Origin: Eledone cirrhosa
Taxonomy: Eukaryota
Assembly (NCBI GenBank): GCA_964016885.1
Contig: OZ024741.1
Span: 228,656,001 to 228,720,000 of the forward strand
Reading direction: 5' to 3'
DNA length: 64,000 nt
Position 1 is the stretch's first letter, and each line of letters begins with the position of its first letter. This document shows positions 43,055 to 57,505 of this stretch, piece by piece. Position numbers and translations under genes: made by a program. Under the pieces are notes generated by a model, which was not told the DNA's origin, made no database searches, and saw only the letters and a program-made list of their open reading frames with translations.

Positions 43055-43456
43055 AACTATAGTAGGTAAAGTCAATTTTTTAAAATTTATTTTGAAACTT
43101 TTTCATTATTTGCTAAACCTTGTTTATATATGTTCTGGCTCGTTAATTTATTAACCTGCCATTGAACCACATTGGCATTTGGTTGGACAATACATGCGTC
43201 CCTTAGCGCCTTATGCGTGAAGGAACACATATCCTATTATTACTACTCTCCGCTATTGTTGAGAGACAAATTGGGTTGTTCCGACTGCTGCTAGTGATAG
43301 TTGCGGCCGGTTTGACCTACCTCCCTCTGCCTCTATCTTTACTTCGGCCCTTGAAAAAATTGATTCCACTTCATTCACTCTCATCTCAGGAACAGTTTTG
43401 GATAGCGCTAGTTCGTAATTTAAATTCAAGAATTTTATATTCTTCGAATGAAAAGA

Positions 43457-43539
43457 ACCTTCTGACGAGAATCTTTCTTTGCAACGAAGGCCGTATGGTC
43501 TCCGTTTATTTTTGGGATTCGAAACCGATCGGTAAAGGT
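43457..43539 (+). ncRNA. Type I hammerhead ribozyme (unit 2)
   Basis: Same as 42972-43054. Confidence 0.92.
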
Positions 43540-43941
43540 AACTATAGTAGGTAAAGTCAATTTTTTAAAATTTATTTTGAAACTTTTTCATTATTTGCTA
43601 AACCTTGTTTATATATGTTCTGGCTCGTTAATTTATTAACCTGCCATTGAACCACATTGGCATTTGGTTGGACAATACATGCGTCCCTTAGCGCCTTATG
43701 CGTGAAGGAACACATATCCTATTATTACTACTCTCCGCTATTGTTGAGAGACAAATTGGGTTGTTCCGACTGCTGCTAGTGATAGTTGCGGCCGGTTTGA
43801 CCTACCTCCCTCTGCCTCTATCTTTACTTCGGCCCTTGAAAAAATTGATTCCACTTCATTCACTCTCATCTCAGGAACAGTTTTGGATAGCGCTAGTTCG
43901 TAATTTAAATTCAAGAATTTTATATTCTTCGAATGAAAAGA

Positions 43942-44024
43942 ACCTTCTGACGAGAATCTTTCTTTGCAACGAAGGCCGTATGGTCTCCGTTTATTTTTGG
44001 GATTCGAAACCGATCGGTAAAGGT
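43942..44024 (+). ncRNA. Type I hammerhead ribozyme (unit 3)
   Basis: Same as 42972-43054. Confidence 0.92.
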
Positions 44025-44213
44025 AACTATAGTAGGTAAAGTCAATTTTTTAAAATTTATTTTGAAACTTTTTCATTATTTGCTAAACCTTGTTTATATA
44101 TGTTCTGGCTCGTTAATTTATTAACCTGCCATTGAACCACATTGGCATTTGGTTGGACAATACATGCGTCCCTTAGCGCCTTATGCGTGAAGGAACACAT
44201 ATCCTATTATTAC

Positions 44214-44244
<31 letters not shown>

Positions 44245-44371
44245 CATACATATATATATATATATACATACATATATATATATATACATAAATATATATA
44301 TACATACATACATATATATGTATACATACATATATATATATATATACATACATATATATATATATACATAC

Positions 44372-44462
<91 letters not shown>

Positions 44463-44487
44463 TAAATACATACATATATATATATAT

Positions 44488-45095
44488 ATGATGGTTGCCA
44501 ACTCGTTTTCGAGTACGGCCACTACTCTATATCCATGTAGGAGAACCCCTACCGATGCGCTGAACGAGTGTGACTTTTTAGTCCAGCCAGCGACTTGAAA
44601 ACTCTGGTACAAACACTACACTTGTGACAATTATTGACACATAGTGCTGGGCCCATGGTACCATGTAACGACAAGTGCAGAGAGATCTCCAGATATAAAG
44701 CAATGCCTGTGCCGTGAATCTTTTATAGTGAGCAAAGGCACTGCACAAAGCCAGTCCCACTCTCTTAACCAAGATGATATTTACCAAAAAGAAGAACAAG
44801 TCAACATCATTGGATACCATCAAGGTTGCAGGTGTTATATCAGAGTTTTCCTTCTACAAGAATTCTGCCGTGACAAAGGCTAAGGGGTCATCTCTCCCAG
44901 TGATTTTGGATGGCCATTGACTCTTAAGAGCTCCTTTGCCCTTTGACAGGTTTGATTTTAGTCCTGCAGGATGTCCAAAGTCACCCTCCTCACCAAGAAG
45001 CCTTGGTGGGGTTGCCAGTTTAGTCGCCAACGACCCGACCATGAGACAGGTTGTACTGGGATACATGTTACCAGTAGCACCAAGTGGTGACCTGA
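44488..45095 (-). mobile_element. Full-length bipartite RTE-derived non-autonomous element
   Basis: Highly similar to 41472-42080. Confidence 0.85.
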
Positions 45096-45186
45096 CATAT
45101 ATATACATACATATATATATACATACATATATATATATATATATACATATATACACATACATATATATATATATATATATACATAC

Positions 45187-46280
45187 GGATTGATATCCCA
45201 CTTGATCCCCCTGCCATACCCGATTATGGGCGCGGACTTCCTGCACAATTTTTCTTTGACGGTGGACCTCCGTCACCAACGCCTAGTCTACGATATTACT
45301 CGTTTTTCTCTTTGTTGCCGGACAACAGAAGTTTCTTCAGTTAGCCCGACCTTTTTCATCTCTAATGCTGGCAATGCCCATCATGCATTGTTGAATTGTT
45401 TTCCACAGCTTACTCAGGGAAATTTTCGAGTTGTCGAACCGACTCACACAACGGAGCATTTTATCTCTACAATTGGCGCACCAGTGCTCTCACGCCCTCG
45501 TCGCGTGTCTGCGGACAAATTGAAGGCAGCACGGTTCGAGTTCGACCACATGCTGCAGCTTGGCATAATTCGCCCTTCTACGAGCCCTTGGGCTTCTCCG
45601 TTACACATGGTACCCAAGACTTCTGGCGACTGGAGACCCACTGGGGATTATAGGAAGTTAAATGCTATAACTGTCCCGGATAGATACCCTATTCCACACC
45701 TGCAAGATTTTGCATCGTCGTTGCAGGGATGTAAAATTTTCTCGAAGTTCGATTTGGTGCGAGCCTATCATCAGATTCCTGTCAGGAAAGAAGATATTCC
45801 GAAAACGGCCATTACGACTCCATTTGGATCATTCGAATTTCTTACCATGCCTTTCGGAATGCTGCTAGCACCTTTCAACGGTTCATGGATGAGGTCGCTC
45901 GTGGTTTAGACTTCGTCTACACTTATATGGATGATCTGCTTATTGCTAGTTCCTCCAGAAAAGAACACATACGTCATTTGAATCTTTTGTTTTGTCGACT
46001 CAAGGATTACAGTGTTCAAATAAATCCCACAAAATGTGTTTTCGGTGCGGAATCACTGAATTTCTTAGGTCATGTCATTGACTCTGACGGTATTCGACCT
46101 ATTCCTGAGAGAGTTAAAGCTATATAGGATTTGCATCCACTAACCTCAGTCCGTCAGTTGCGCCAATTCTTGGGGCTGATTAATTTTTATAGGCGGTTTG
46201 TGCCTAATTGTGCTAAGCTCTTTGACGGAAATTTTGAAATATTGCCGAAAGAAAAATAAAGATATTTCTTTGAATGAAAC
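45187..46280 (+). mobile_element. Ty3/Gypsy pol fragment (protease end and RT), frameshifted
   Basis: [62 protein letters not shown]. Confidence 0.95.
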
Positions 46281-49214
46281 TAGACAAAATCCATGGGGCT
46301 AAAAATCAGAGACATGGGGGCGGCCGAGCATTTAACAGCTTCTAGCCCGGTCGGCCGCCCTCGAGTGATGACTATTAAGTCTGCTTATGTCCATCTGGTG
46401 AAGGGGCGTAGGCTTATAGTATACTACTACCACCCCGTCATAGACAGAGGCCAGAGGTGAGATCAGGTTACAATCAAGCTGGTCATGAGTGCTAGAAAGT
46501 ACCGCGAAAAATAATTTTTCAAATGACATATATCTTTATCAAAGCTATATAACTAGACCTGAAAAATGCGCAATCTCAAAAGAGCCACCGAATGTTATAA
46601 TAAACCTTCAAAAGTGTGGGACTAGAGTTGTTGCTCAAAAATATTGTAATCATTATCTATCGTGTGGCATCCTCTTATAAAAAAGAGACTCATAACGCAC
46701 TCAAGACGACACGATAATTATTTAAGCTAATGTTCAATATCTCATATTAGATGTTTAGTAATGATTAATACGAAATGCACTTAAACCGAATTCTATATTA
46801 TAAATTTACTTAAATAATTATCGTGTCGTCTTGAGTTCGTTATGAGTCTCTTTTTTATAAAAGGATACTACAGAGTGTACGATAGATAATGATTACAATA
46901 TTTTTGAGCAACAACTCTAGTCCCATACTTTTGAAGGTTTATTATAACATTCTGTGGCTCTTTTGAGCTTGCGCATTTTTAAGGTCTAGTTCAATATTTT
47001 TTTAAGGCAACGCTTGTGATAACACTAGTTAAACATGATATATATTAATAATACATTGTCGTTGTCATGTAATTAGATTATATAATTGTTATTTTATAAA
47101 TGATCTTATAAATATTATTGTAAGATGTATAAAAATATTTTCAGACTTTTAATTTAAACAACTACAAAAAACAATCAATATTAAATAAATATATTTTACA
47201 TAATAATTATTAAAGTTGAATTAATAAAAATTAAATATTACATACAAATTGTCTAACATAATAATAAAAAAATAATCTAACATAATAATAAAAAATAATC
47301 TAACATAATAATAATAAAATAATCTAACATAAAACGAACAATAATATGGACAAATATACAAGTAAATATGATACAACCAATATTATAAGCATGTTATAAC
47401 GAACTAAAAAAAAAATAGTTAATATAAATTTAAAAAATCATATATAAATTAACAATATAACTTACCAAAGCGAGAAAAATATTTTGATGATAAACGACGA
47501 AATACAGGAGGAAGATTCGAAAGCGAAACGATAACTAAACGTGCAAACAAAATGGCGGATGCTTTTGAGCAACAATTACTCTCGTTGGTTGATTAGCCAA
47601 TAAGACGATACATTACAAAACATGTTTGGCAGGGATCACCACGGCCAGTGACACGCCTTGAATTTTTTATTCACAAGCTACGCATATATGTCAGATAGGC
47701 AAACTTAAAACATTCTGTTGTTAGTCACTGTGTGTCTAACAGATAGTAATATATAGTGGGCGTCTGCATAGTATAATGTATGGTCAGAAATTACGATTAA
47801 CAATTAGAAACGTTAAATTTATGTTTAGAGTTAGAAGATACCATTTAAGATGAAATTAGAAAAGTGAGATTTAAAATTGGGAGATTTAGTTAAAGAATTT
47901 ACAGAAGGAGGCTTTTATGAAAAAGTTTAAGTGATAGTCACGATAAAGTTTCAGGGTAGAATATAGAGTAAAGATTAAGCCCATTCCTAGCAGTCAATAA
48001 CCAGCGACGTTGCGGACACCCGGCCAGCCCGGGGCCCAACGGCGTGTCAGCCGTTCTGAGTAATATCGTCTGGCGAAAGAAAGGGAAATCTATTTTTCCG
48101 AGCACTACAGGAATGTTAACTGTCTTAATCATCGGGTGTGTTAGCGGGAAGTCCGTCACCGTCGGCTGGTTATCGTATATACCAAACGATTACTAGTTAT
48201 TCATACTGGTGGGGGATTTAGTTAAGTGCTAGTAGAAAGAGGCATGATAAAATTAAAAGTTATGATTAAGCCTAGAATTTAAAAGTACTGTTTGGCGGTC
48301 AATAACCGGTGGCACGGCGGGTTCCAAGTCTGACAGGGCCCCAGGGCGAATTGGCCGTTCCGAGTATTTTCGTTTACCGAAAGAAGGGGAAATTTAATTT
48401 TCCAAGCATTCTAGGAAGGCTAATCGACCCAAGCGCCTGGCTGGCAGTCTGGAAAGCCGCCACATCCGTCGGATCATCGCGTGTACCAAACGATTATTAG
48501 TTATTCACACCCGTGATGTTAAGTTGAAAGTAGCAAAATCTGATGAAATGTGCAAATAGACTATATTTAGTCCCCAGTTAGTCCAGGTTATATGTAGTGT
48601 GATTTATGAGGGAGTGAAAAAAGATAAACAGATATAAGGGTACAGATAGTAATATTCTAGGGTCGTATGCTAATGAGTACAAGGATAAGTATATAAAAAG
48701 AGTAACGCGAGACCGCTAAGCATGGGCTTAATCTTTACTATATATTCTATCCTGAAACTTTATCGTAACTATCTATAATACACTTAAACTTTTTCATAAA
48801 AGCCTCCTTCTGTAAATTCTTTACCTAAATCTCCCAACTTTAAACCTAAATCTCACTTTTCTAATTTCATCTTAAATGGCATCTTCTAACTCTAAACATA
48901 AATTTAACGTTTCTAATTGTTAATCGTAATTTCTGACCATCCATTATACTATGCAAACGCCCACTATATATTATTATATATAGCTTTGTTAAAGATATAT
49001 GTCCTTTGAAAAAATATTTTTCGCGGCACTTTCTAGCACTCATGACTTGCTTGATTGTAACCTGATCTCACCGCTGGCCTCTGTTTGTGGTGGGGTGGTA
49101 GTAGTTTCACTATAAGCCTACGCCCCTTCACCAGAGGGCGGCCGACCGGGCTAGAAGCTGTTAAATGTTCGGCCGCTCTCATGTCTCTGATTTTCAGCCC
49201 CATGGATTTTGTCT
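46281..49214. mobile_element. Non-autonomous fold-back element with ~250-bp TIRs and nested inverted repeats
   Basis: TAGACAAAATCCATGGGGCT... at 46281 and ...AGCCCCATGGATTTTGTCTA at 49214; inner IRs 46550-46720/46815-46990 and 47745-47985/48722-48975. No TSD seen. Confidence 0.75.
47461..47610 (-). promoter_or_regulatory. Promoter-like segment with possible non-coding first exon
   Basis: CCAAT (47597), YY1-like AAAATGGCGG (47549) and a minus-strand GTAAG donor at 47461-47465 next to an AT-rich stretch. Confidence 0.3.
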
Positions 49215-49690
49215 ATTATATTCCTTTGTTATATTTCGAATACCTGATGATGTCACCGGATTCATACTGAATCCGGTCATTAGTATAATAAACCTTTTAA
49301 ACCCGATCATAGCATAATAAACCTTTTAAGAAATTACACCCGTCCAGCCTCCTGTTATTTTATAATACTTAACTCCATACTCGCACCACCAACAACACAA
49401 ACGAAGACGGGTGAGTTGTATTTTGTCGAGTGTTTTCCATAATATTACATCGAGGTTGACCATACGGAATGATCAGTTCTATCCAGTGGTGAACCAACAA
49501 ACCTACATAAATTCATATATATATATATATTCGCGCTCTTCGGCTGTCTACTGTGGCTCGCTGATGTTTCGACGCAACAGCAACACACAGCAGACAACTG
49601 GAGGGCGGGCATTGCCCTTATGTTTGTGTTTCTCTTACGTTTTCTGAACAATATTTATTAGTAACCACACAGTGCCTTTGTTAATTTTAA

Positions 49691-49762
<72 letters not shown>

Positions 49763-50059
49763 CGTATATATATATGTGTGTGTGTATATATATATGTGTG
49801 TGTGTGTGCGTGTGTGTGTGAGTTTACAATGGATAAATCTTGATTTTCCCAACTAATTGATATATATATATATATTTGCTCGTGTGTGAATGTATGCATG
49901 TATGTATGTACGTACGTATGTATGTATGTATGTACTTATGTATGTACATATATATGAGTGGATGTTTGTATGCGCATGTGTATTTACTGTGACCTTTCAC
50001 GATTCTGGATTTGTTATTTACTTTGAATGGGGGCGGGAGAAAGTTCGGTGTAATAAACA

Positions 50060-50133
<74 letters not shown>

Positions 50134-50151
50134 CAGCAGCAGCAGCAGCAG

Positions 50152-50195
<44 letters not shown>

Positions 50196-50203
50196 TATGT
50201 GGC

Positions 50204-50245
<42 letters not shown>

Positions 50246-50272
50246 GGTGGTGGTGGTGGTGGTGGTGGTGGT

Positions 50273-50385
<113 letters not shown>

Positions 50386-50614
50386 ATAACGACAGAGATG
50401 GCGAGAGAGAAGGAGAGAAATAGTATAGGAAGATAAGTGAAATATTTGTTAACAGGGAGTGATAAGGCGAACTAGAGAAAGGGAAATTGTGGGTAAGGAA
50501 GAGAAAAAGAGAACTGTTCAAATGCCAAATGATTCTTTCTTTGAATATGAATGGGACAAACCAAACTGGAAACATCTATTATATGTGTGTATTGTGTGTT
50601 TCTGTTTTCGTGTC

Positions 50615-50714
<100 letters not shown>

Positions 50715-50796
50715 CATACATATATATATATATACACACACACATACGCACATACATACATACATACGTATATATGTATATATATATATATATATA

Positions 50797-52842
<2,046 letters not shown>

Positions 52843-52849
52843 CATATAT

Positions 52850-53355
52850 ATATTGATATTAAATAAATGGAAACTATATTTATAAAACCATATTTATTTT
52901 ATTATATGTATTTCAAGGGTACCAAGACACATTGGTACGCTTTCATCAGATAAAATACAAAGTTTGTTTTATAAATAGAGACGTACCCATGAAAATCATA
53001 CCTTAACGGTTGGAAATTCACTGGGTAGGGGAAATATATTAGGGATTTTTCAAACTTATGTGTGAATATGCAAATGAATATGTAAATAATTGAAAAACAA
53101 CCGTTTATTTAAACGACTATGGAGAGAGAGAGAGAAGAGATAAGAGGAGAAGGATATAAAAATAGTGCGAGAGAGAGAGAGAAGAAAGAAACAAGAGAAG
53201 ATGAATAAAAACTCATATGACGTTAATTTGAGGGAAATATATTCCAAGTATATATCTTAATAGTACGTGTATTTACGATTATTAGTTGTTTAAAATTTGT
53301 TTATAATATAATATTTTTCTTCTGTTATAAGTAGATAAATAAATAAATAAATACA

Positions 53356-53386
<31 letters not shown>

Positions 53387-54875
53387 ATAGATGGGTATAT
53401 CATGTTATAGATAATTGTTCTAATGAGTTATAAGGGATATTGTTTTTTATTTAATGTAAATAGATATTAAGTTAAATTAAATTAAATTAACTGAGTTAAT
53501 AATAATATTTATATTTATATGATTTAAAATGGGGAGATACGGAAAAAAACATAGGTTTAATTTATTTATTCGTTAGTGTGAGACTATTTAGTAAAAATAA
53601 GTATAGATGTTGAAAGATACATTTAGCCAGAATCAGTTAGTGGTTATAAATCTATTAAAAAATATTGAAAAAATATTGATAAAGTATCGAAAAAATATTG
53701 AAAAATAATTGAAAAAATATTGAAAAATTTGAGAAAATTTTTTTAAAAAGTAATTTATAAGAAATAAGTAATTTTTAAAGAAATAAAAATTAAAGAAATA
53801 AAAATAAAGAAATAAAAATTATTAAAATTAAAATTAAAATTTTAAAAAGATAGAATTATATACGTATATATTTTATGAAACTTTAAGAAGTGGAATTACA
53901 GCAAATGTTATAGATATTGTGATTTAGAGATATCAATATATTAAAACCAAGTGGATGAGATTGTTATGGAAATAAGTACAAATATTATAAGTATAATTAT
54001 AAGTTATATATAGTTCTGAATGTTGAATTCTGGCGATGTCTACAAGAATTAAATAAATTCGTTCTTAGATTAATAGAGTTTTTACTTTTAAGTATGTAAA
54101 AAATTTCCTCAAAATACAATTTGCAGAATCTAGATAAAGCTGTGTTTCAGTACGCGGGTGCTTAAGAAATTGTTTCCCAAGGTAATGAATAGTCCATATT
54201 CTTGCATTTTAAGTTCCATATCAGGTTCGAAAGAGAAGTTGAAGATTTTTTATCAAATCTTCGGAAAGAGCAATTGTGGTTATTGCAGCGACTTTTAAAT
54301 TCTAGTTGCACCGACATAGTTAAATATATCAACATTAGTTTTAACTGTACATTTATATATCGTAAATACACGTACTATTAAGAGAGATACTTAGAATATA
54401 TTTCCCTCAAATTAACGTTATATAAGTTTTTATTCACCTACTCTTGCTCATTTCTTCTCGCGCTCTCGCACTATTTTATATCCTTCTCCTCTTATATCTT
54501 CTCTCTCTCTCTCCCCCTCTCTCTCCATAGTCGTTTAAATAAACGGTTGTTTTCAAATTATTTACATATTCATTTGCATATTCACACATAAGTTTGAAAA
54601 ATCCCTAATATATTTTCACTATCCACTGAATTTCCAACCGATAAGTTATGATTTTCATGGGTATGTCTCTATTTATAAAACAAACTTTGTATTTTATCTG
54701 ATGAAAGCGTACTAATGTGTCTTGGTACCCTTGAAATATATATAATAAAATAAATATGGTTTTATAAATATAGTTTCAATTTATTTAATATCATTGAATA
54801 TTTACTCCAGTAAACTGTTGAGTGCTCTAAATCAGTTATAAACATTTATATTTGTCGGACTTCCAACAAATTAAA
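52850..54875 (-). mobile_element. PLE (Naiad-like) fragment with ~430-bp inverted arms; hammerheads at 52896-52956 (minus) and 54691-54751 (plus)
   Basis: FKSRCNNHNCSF..STSLSNLIW at 54162-54350; arms 52852-53280 and 54360-54792; AUUUUAU-CUGAUGA-AAG.GUAC/GUAC.CUU-GAAA-UAUAUA-UA-AUAAAAU. Confidence 0.88.
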
Positions 54876-54893
54876 TACCCCTTCTACTTATAT

Positions 54894-54933
<40 letters not shown>

Positions 54934-54934
54934 G

Positions 54935-54999
<65 letters not shown>

Positions 55000-55431
55000 A
55001 AAAGATTACGACATTATTACGATATATATAGGAAAAGATTACGACATTATCAAACTCCTCATGAAACAACACAAAATGTATTACATATATATATTATATG
55101 TACACATACATGCTTATAGAATACATATATTTTATATACATACACACATACATACATACGTACATACATGCATACATATATGCATACATGCATACATACA
55201 TACATGTTGGACCTCGATTAGTGCGTGTTCCAGTGGATTTGATCAACGGAACAGCCTACTCATTAAATGAATGTACATGCAGCTGAACAATCCTAAACCA
55301 TGTGCACCATTAATATATTTCTCAGGGAGAGTTAGTGTGATAGAATCTTTTGAATTACAGATACAATATTTGTGTAAGTGTATAATATATATATATTATT
55401 TCTTATATATATATAATTATACGTGTGTTTG

Positions 55432-55474
<43 letters not shown>

Positions 55475-55562
55475 CACATTCAAACACATAATTATACATA
55501 TGTATAAAAATATATATGTATAAATATAAATTACACAATAATCAAAGCTAAGTTCAAATCAT

Positions 55563-55757
55563 TGGTGGATTGGCAGTGTCGGTAGAGGGTCGGTAGAGGG
55601 TCGGACGCCATGCTTTCCAGCATAGTTACGTCCCTTTACGATCTGAATTCAAATCCCGCCGAGGTTGACTTTGCCTTTCATCCTTACGGGGTCGATAAAA
55701 TAAAGTACCAGTAATGCACTGGGTATTTGCTGGCCTTGTGCCTAAAGTAGAAACAAT
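55563..55757 (+). mobile_element. tRNA-SINE (copy 9)
   Basis: Consensus match with a 12-bp internal duplication; lies within a small inverted repeat (55520-55562/55812-55850). Confidence 0.88.
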
Positions 55758-56399
55758 AATATTGCTGACAATCGTTTCTTCCAAACTATCGTTTGGAATC
55801 ATCGGAGCATCATGATTTGAACATAGCTTTGATTATTTTGTAATTTATATTCCGGCTCTGTAAAACTTCTCATGTATTTAGATTGAGCTATTTTTTCTTA
55901 CTGATAATAAAGTAGTAATAAATTACTGATCTTTCCTGTTTATAGTTGTATATAGTGTATACATAACTATAAATAATATTATTATGTATAAATATATTCC
56001 ATATATTGTGTATGAAATGTTTATATATGTTTATCTATATTTACGTATATAGTCAACTACATATTTAGCTCTCTCTATGTCCCCCTACAATCACTACAAT
56101 CATACACAGCACACTTACAAAAACACACAAGCACCTATACACATATACAGATACATATATATATACTTGTGCACGTATGGCAAAGCTTCCACGCCATCAT
56201 CACCACCACCTCATACCCTGTTGGAAGTTTGGAATTAGCGCACTCTAGTTGTCGTGAGTACGACAGAAGCAAACAACGGGGAGAGCCCAGTCAAATGTCA
56301 AACGTGCCAACAAGAGAACTCTGCCATTTATGACGAACACAACGTTAGTGAAATATTGAAGCTTACACAGTAGGCAGCCGGTTGTCTATGAGAAAGAAA

Positions 56400-57245
56400 G
56401 AGGTTAACAGGCTGTTGGAACAATCGTCACTTCTAGATGTTAATTGACTGCTAGGGGTGTTTGAGACTTCCAGAATTGTGTGCAGTTGTAACATCCAGAT
56501 GTTGACCGAATCGTAAGATTGTTGTGGTTTACAGATGTTAACTGAATGGTGAGGTAGTTGGGACTTCCAGATGTTAACTGAATATAGAGCTGTTATGACA
56601 ACCAGATGTTAACTGAATGGTGAGGTAGTTATGATATCCAGATGTTGACGGAATCGTAAGATTGTTGTGGTTTACAGATGTTAACTGAATGGTAGGCAAT
56701 TGTGACATCCAGATGTTAACTGAATGGTAGGTAGTTGTGACTTCCCGATGTTCACTGAATGCTGAGGCAGTTGTGATTCCCAGATGTTAACTGAATTGTG
56801 AAATAGTTGTGATTTACCGATGTTAGTTGATTGATTTTTTGACCAAATATTATTTGATTGGTATAGACGTTGTAATTTCCAGCTGTTAACTAATTAGTAA
56901 AGAAGATGTAACTGACAGGTATTAGTTCATTAACGCAACATGTATGACTTGTAGACATTAATTAACTGATAGAAGAGTGTGTCTTCTCGATGTTAACTGA
57001 TTTCTGGAGCAGTTGTGACTCTCGGATGATACTGGCTGATGGAAGAGTTTTGACATCCAGATGTGAACTAACTTAGGAAAGTTTTGAGACTTGCCGATGT
57101 TAAATCACTAGCAGAACATTTTAACTTCCGAATGATTACTGACCGGTTGGGTCTTCCAGATGTTAAATGAATAGTGACGCATTTGAGCTTTTCAGAAGTT
57201 GACTGATTGGAGGGACAGTTAAGATATACAGATGACATCTGAATG
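56400..57245. repeat. 35-36-bp minisatellite, >20 diverged units
   Basis: CAGATGTTAACTGAAT... recurs at 56534, 56570, 56605, 56641, 56677, 56712, 56747, 56783 and 56819. Confidence 0.9.
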
Positions 57246-57279
57246 CAGGGAGCGTTGTGTCTTTCAAATATTAACTTCT

Positions 57280-57505
57280 TTTTTTTCTTCGACCACTTAT
57301 TCCTGAGAGAGTCGTGGGAGCAGGCAGCTGGTCCTGTCAGAAGCAACCGCCTCCAACTGATTCGGCTAAATCCTCAAGCGAGACTAGCCAAGCTCATAGA
57401 TGTTATTAAACCATCTCGCTCGGGACCTACCCCTGGGTCTACTGCCGGTTGGTTTTTGCCTGTAAAATCTGTCTAAGGATTCTTTCCTGGGACATTCTAA
57501 CAACA
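57280..57505 (-). mobile_element. RTE-clade LINE 3' fragment
   Basis: Homologous to 12140-12370 (HVVRMSQER, RPRGRSRARW). Confidence 0.8.

Larger units (their letters stand above)
42841..44212 (+). mobile_element. Retrozyme-like tandem array: ~2.7 x 485-bp units plus a 74-bp inverted 5' piece
   Basis: Units start at 42915, 43400 and 43885 and appear identical; 42841-42914 is the reverse complement of 43054-43130; flanked by TA-rich microsatellite. Confidence 0.9.

Noticed and set aside
43213-43554. 113-aa hydrophobic ORF in each 485-bp unit, spanning the cleavage site
   Set aside because: No recognisable motif, and identical copies give no evidence of selection.
44990-45095. HDV-like ribozyme at the RTE 5' end
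   Set aside because: A P4-like hairpin, CUAA and a P2-like CCAGU/ACUGG pair are present, but I could not build P1, P3 and L3.
47938-48500. Protein-coding reading of the GC-rich duplicate
   Set aside because: Differences between the copies are not concentrated at third codon positions, and one minus-strand frame has a stop.
56400-57245. CRISPR array or 12-aa repeat protein
   Set aside because: No unique spacers or cas genes, eukaryotic context, and mixed 35/36-bp units break the frame.
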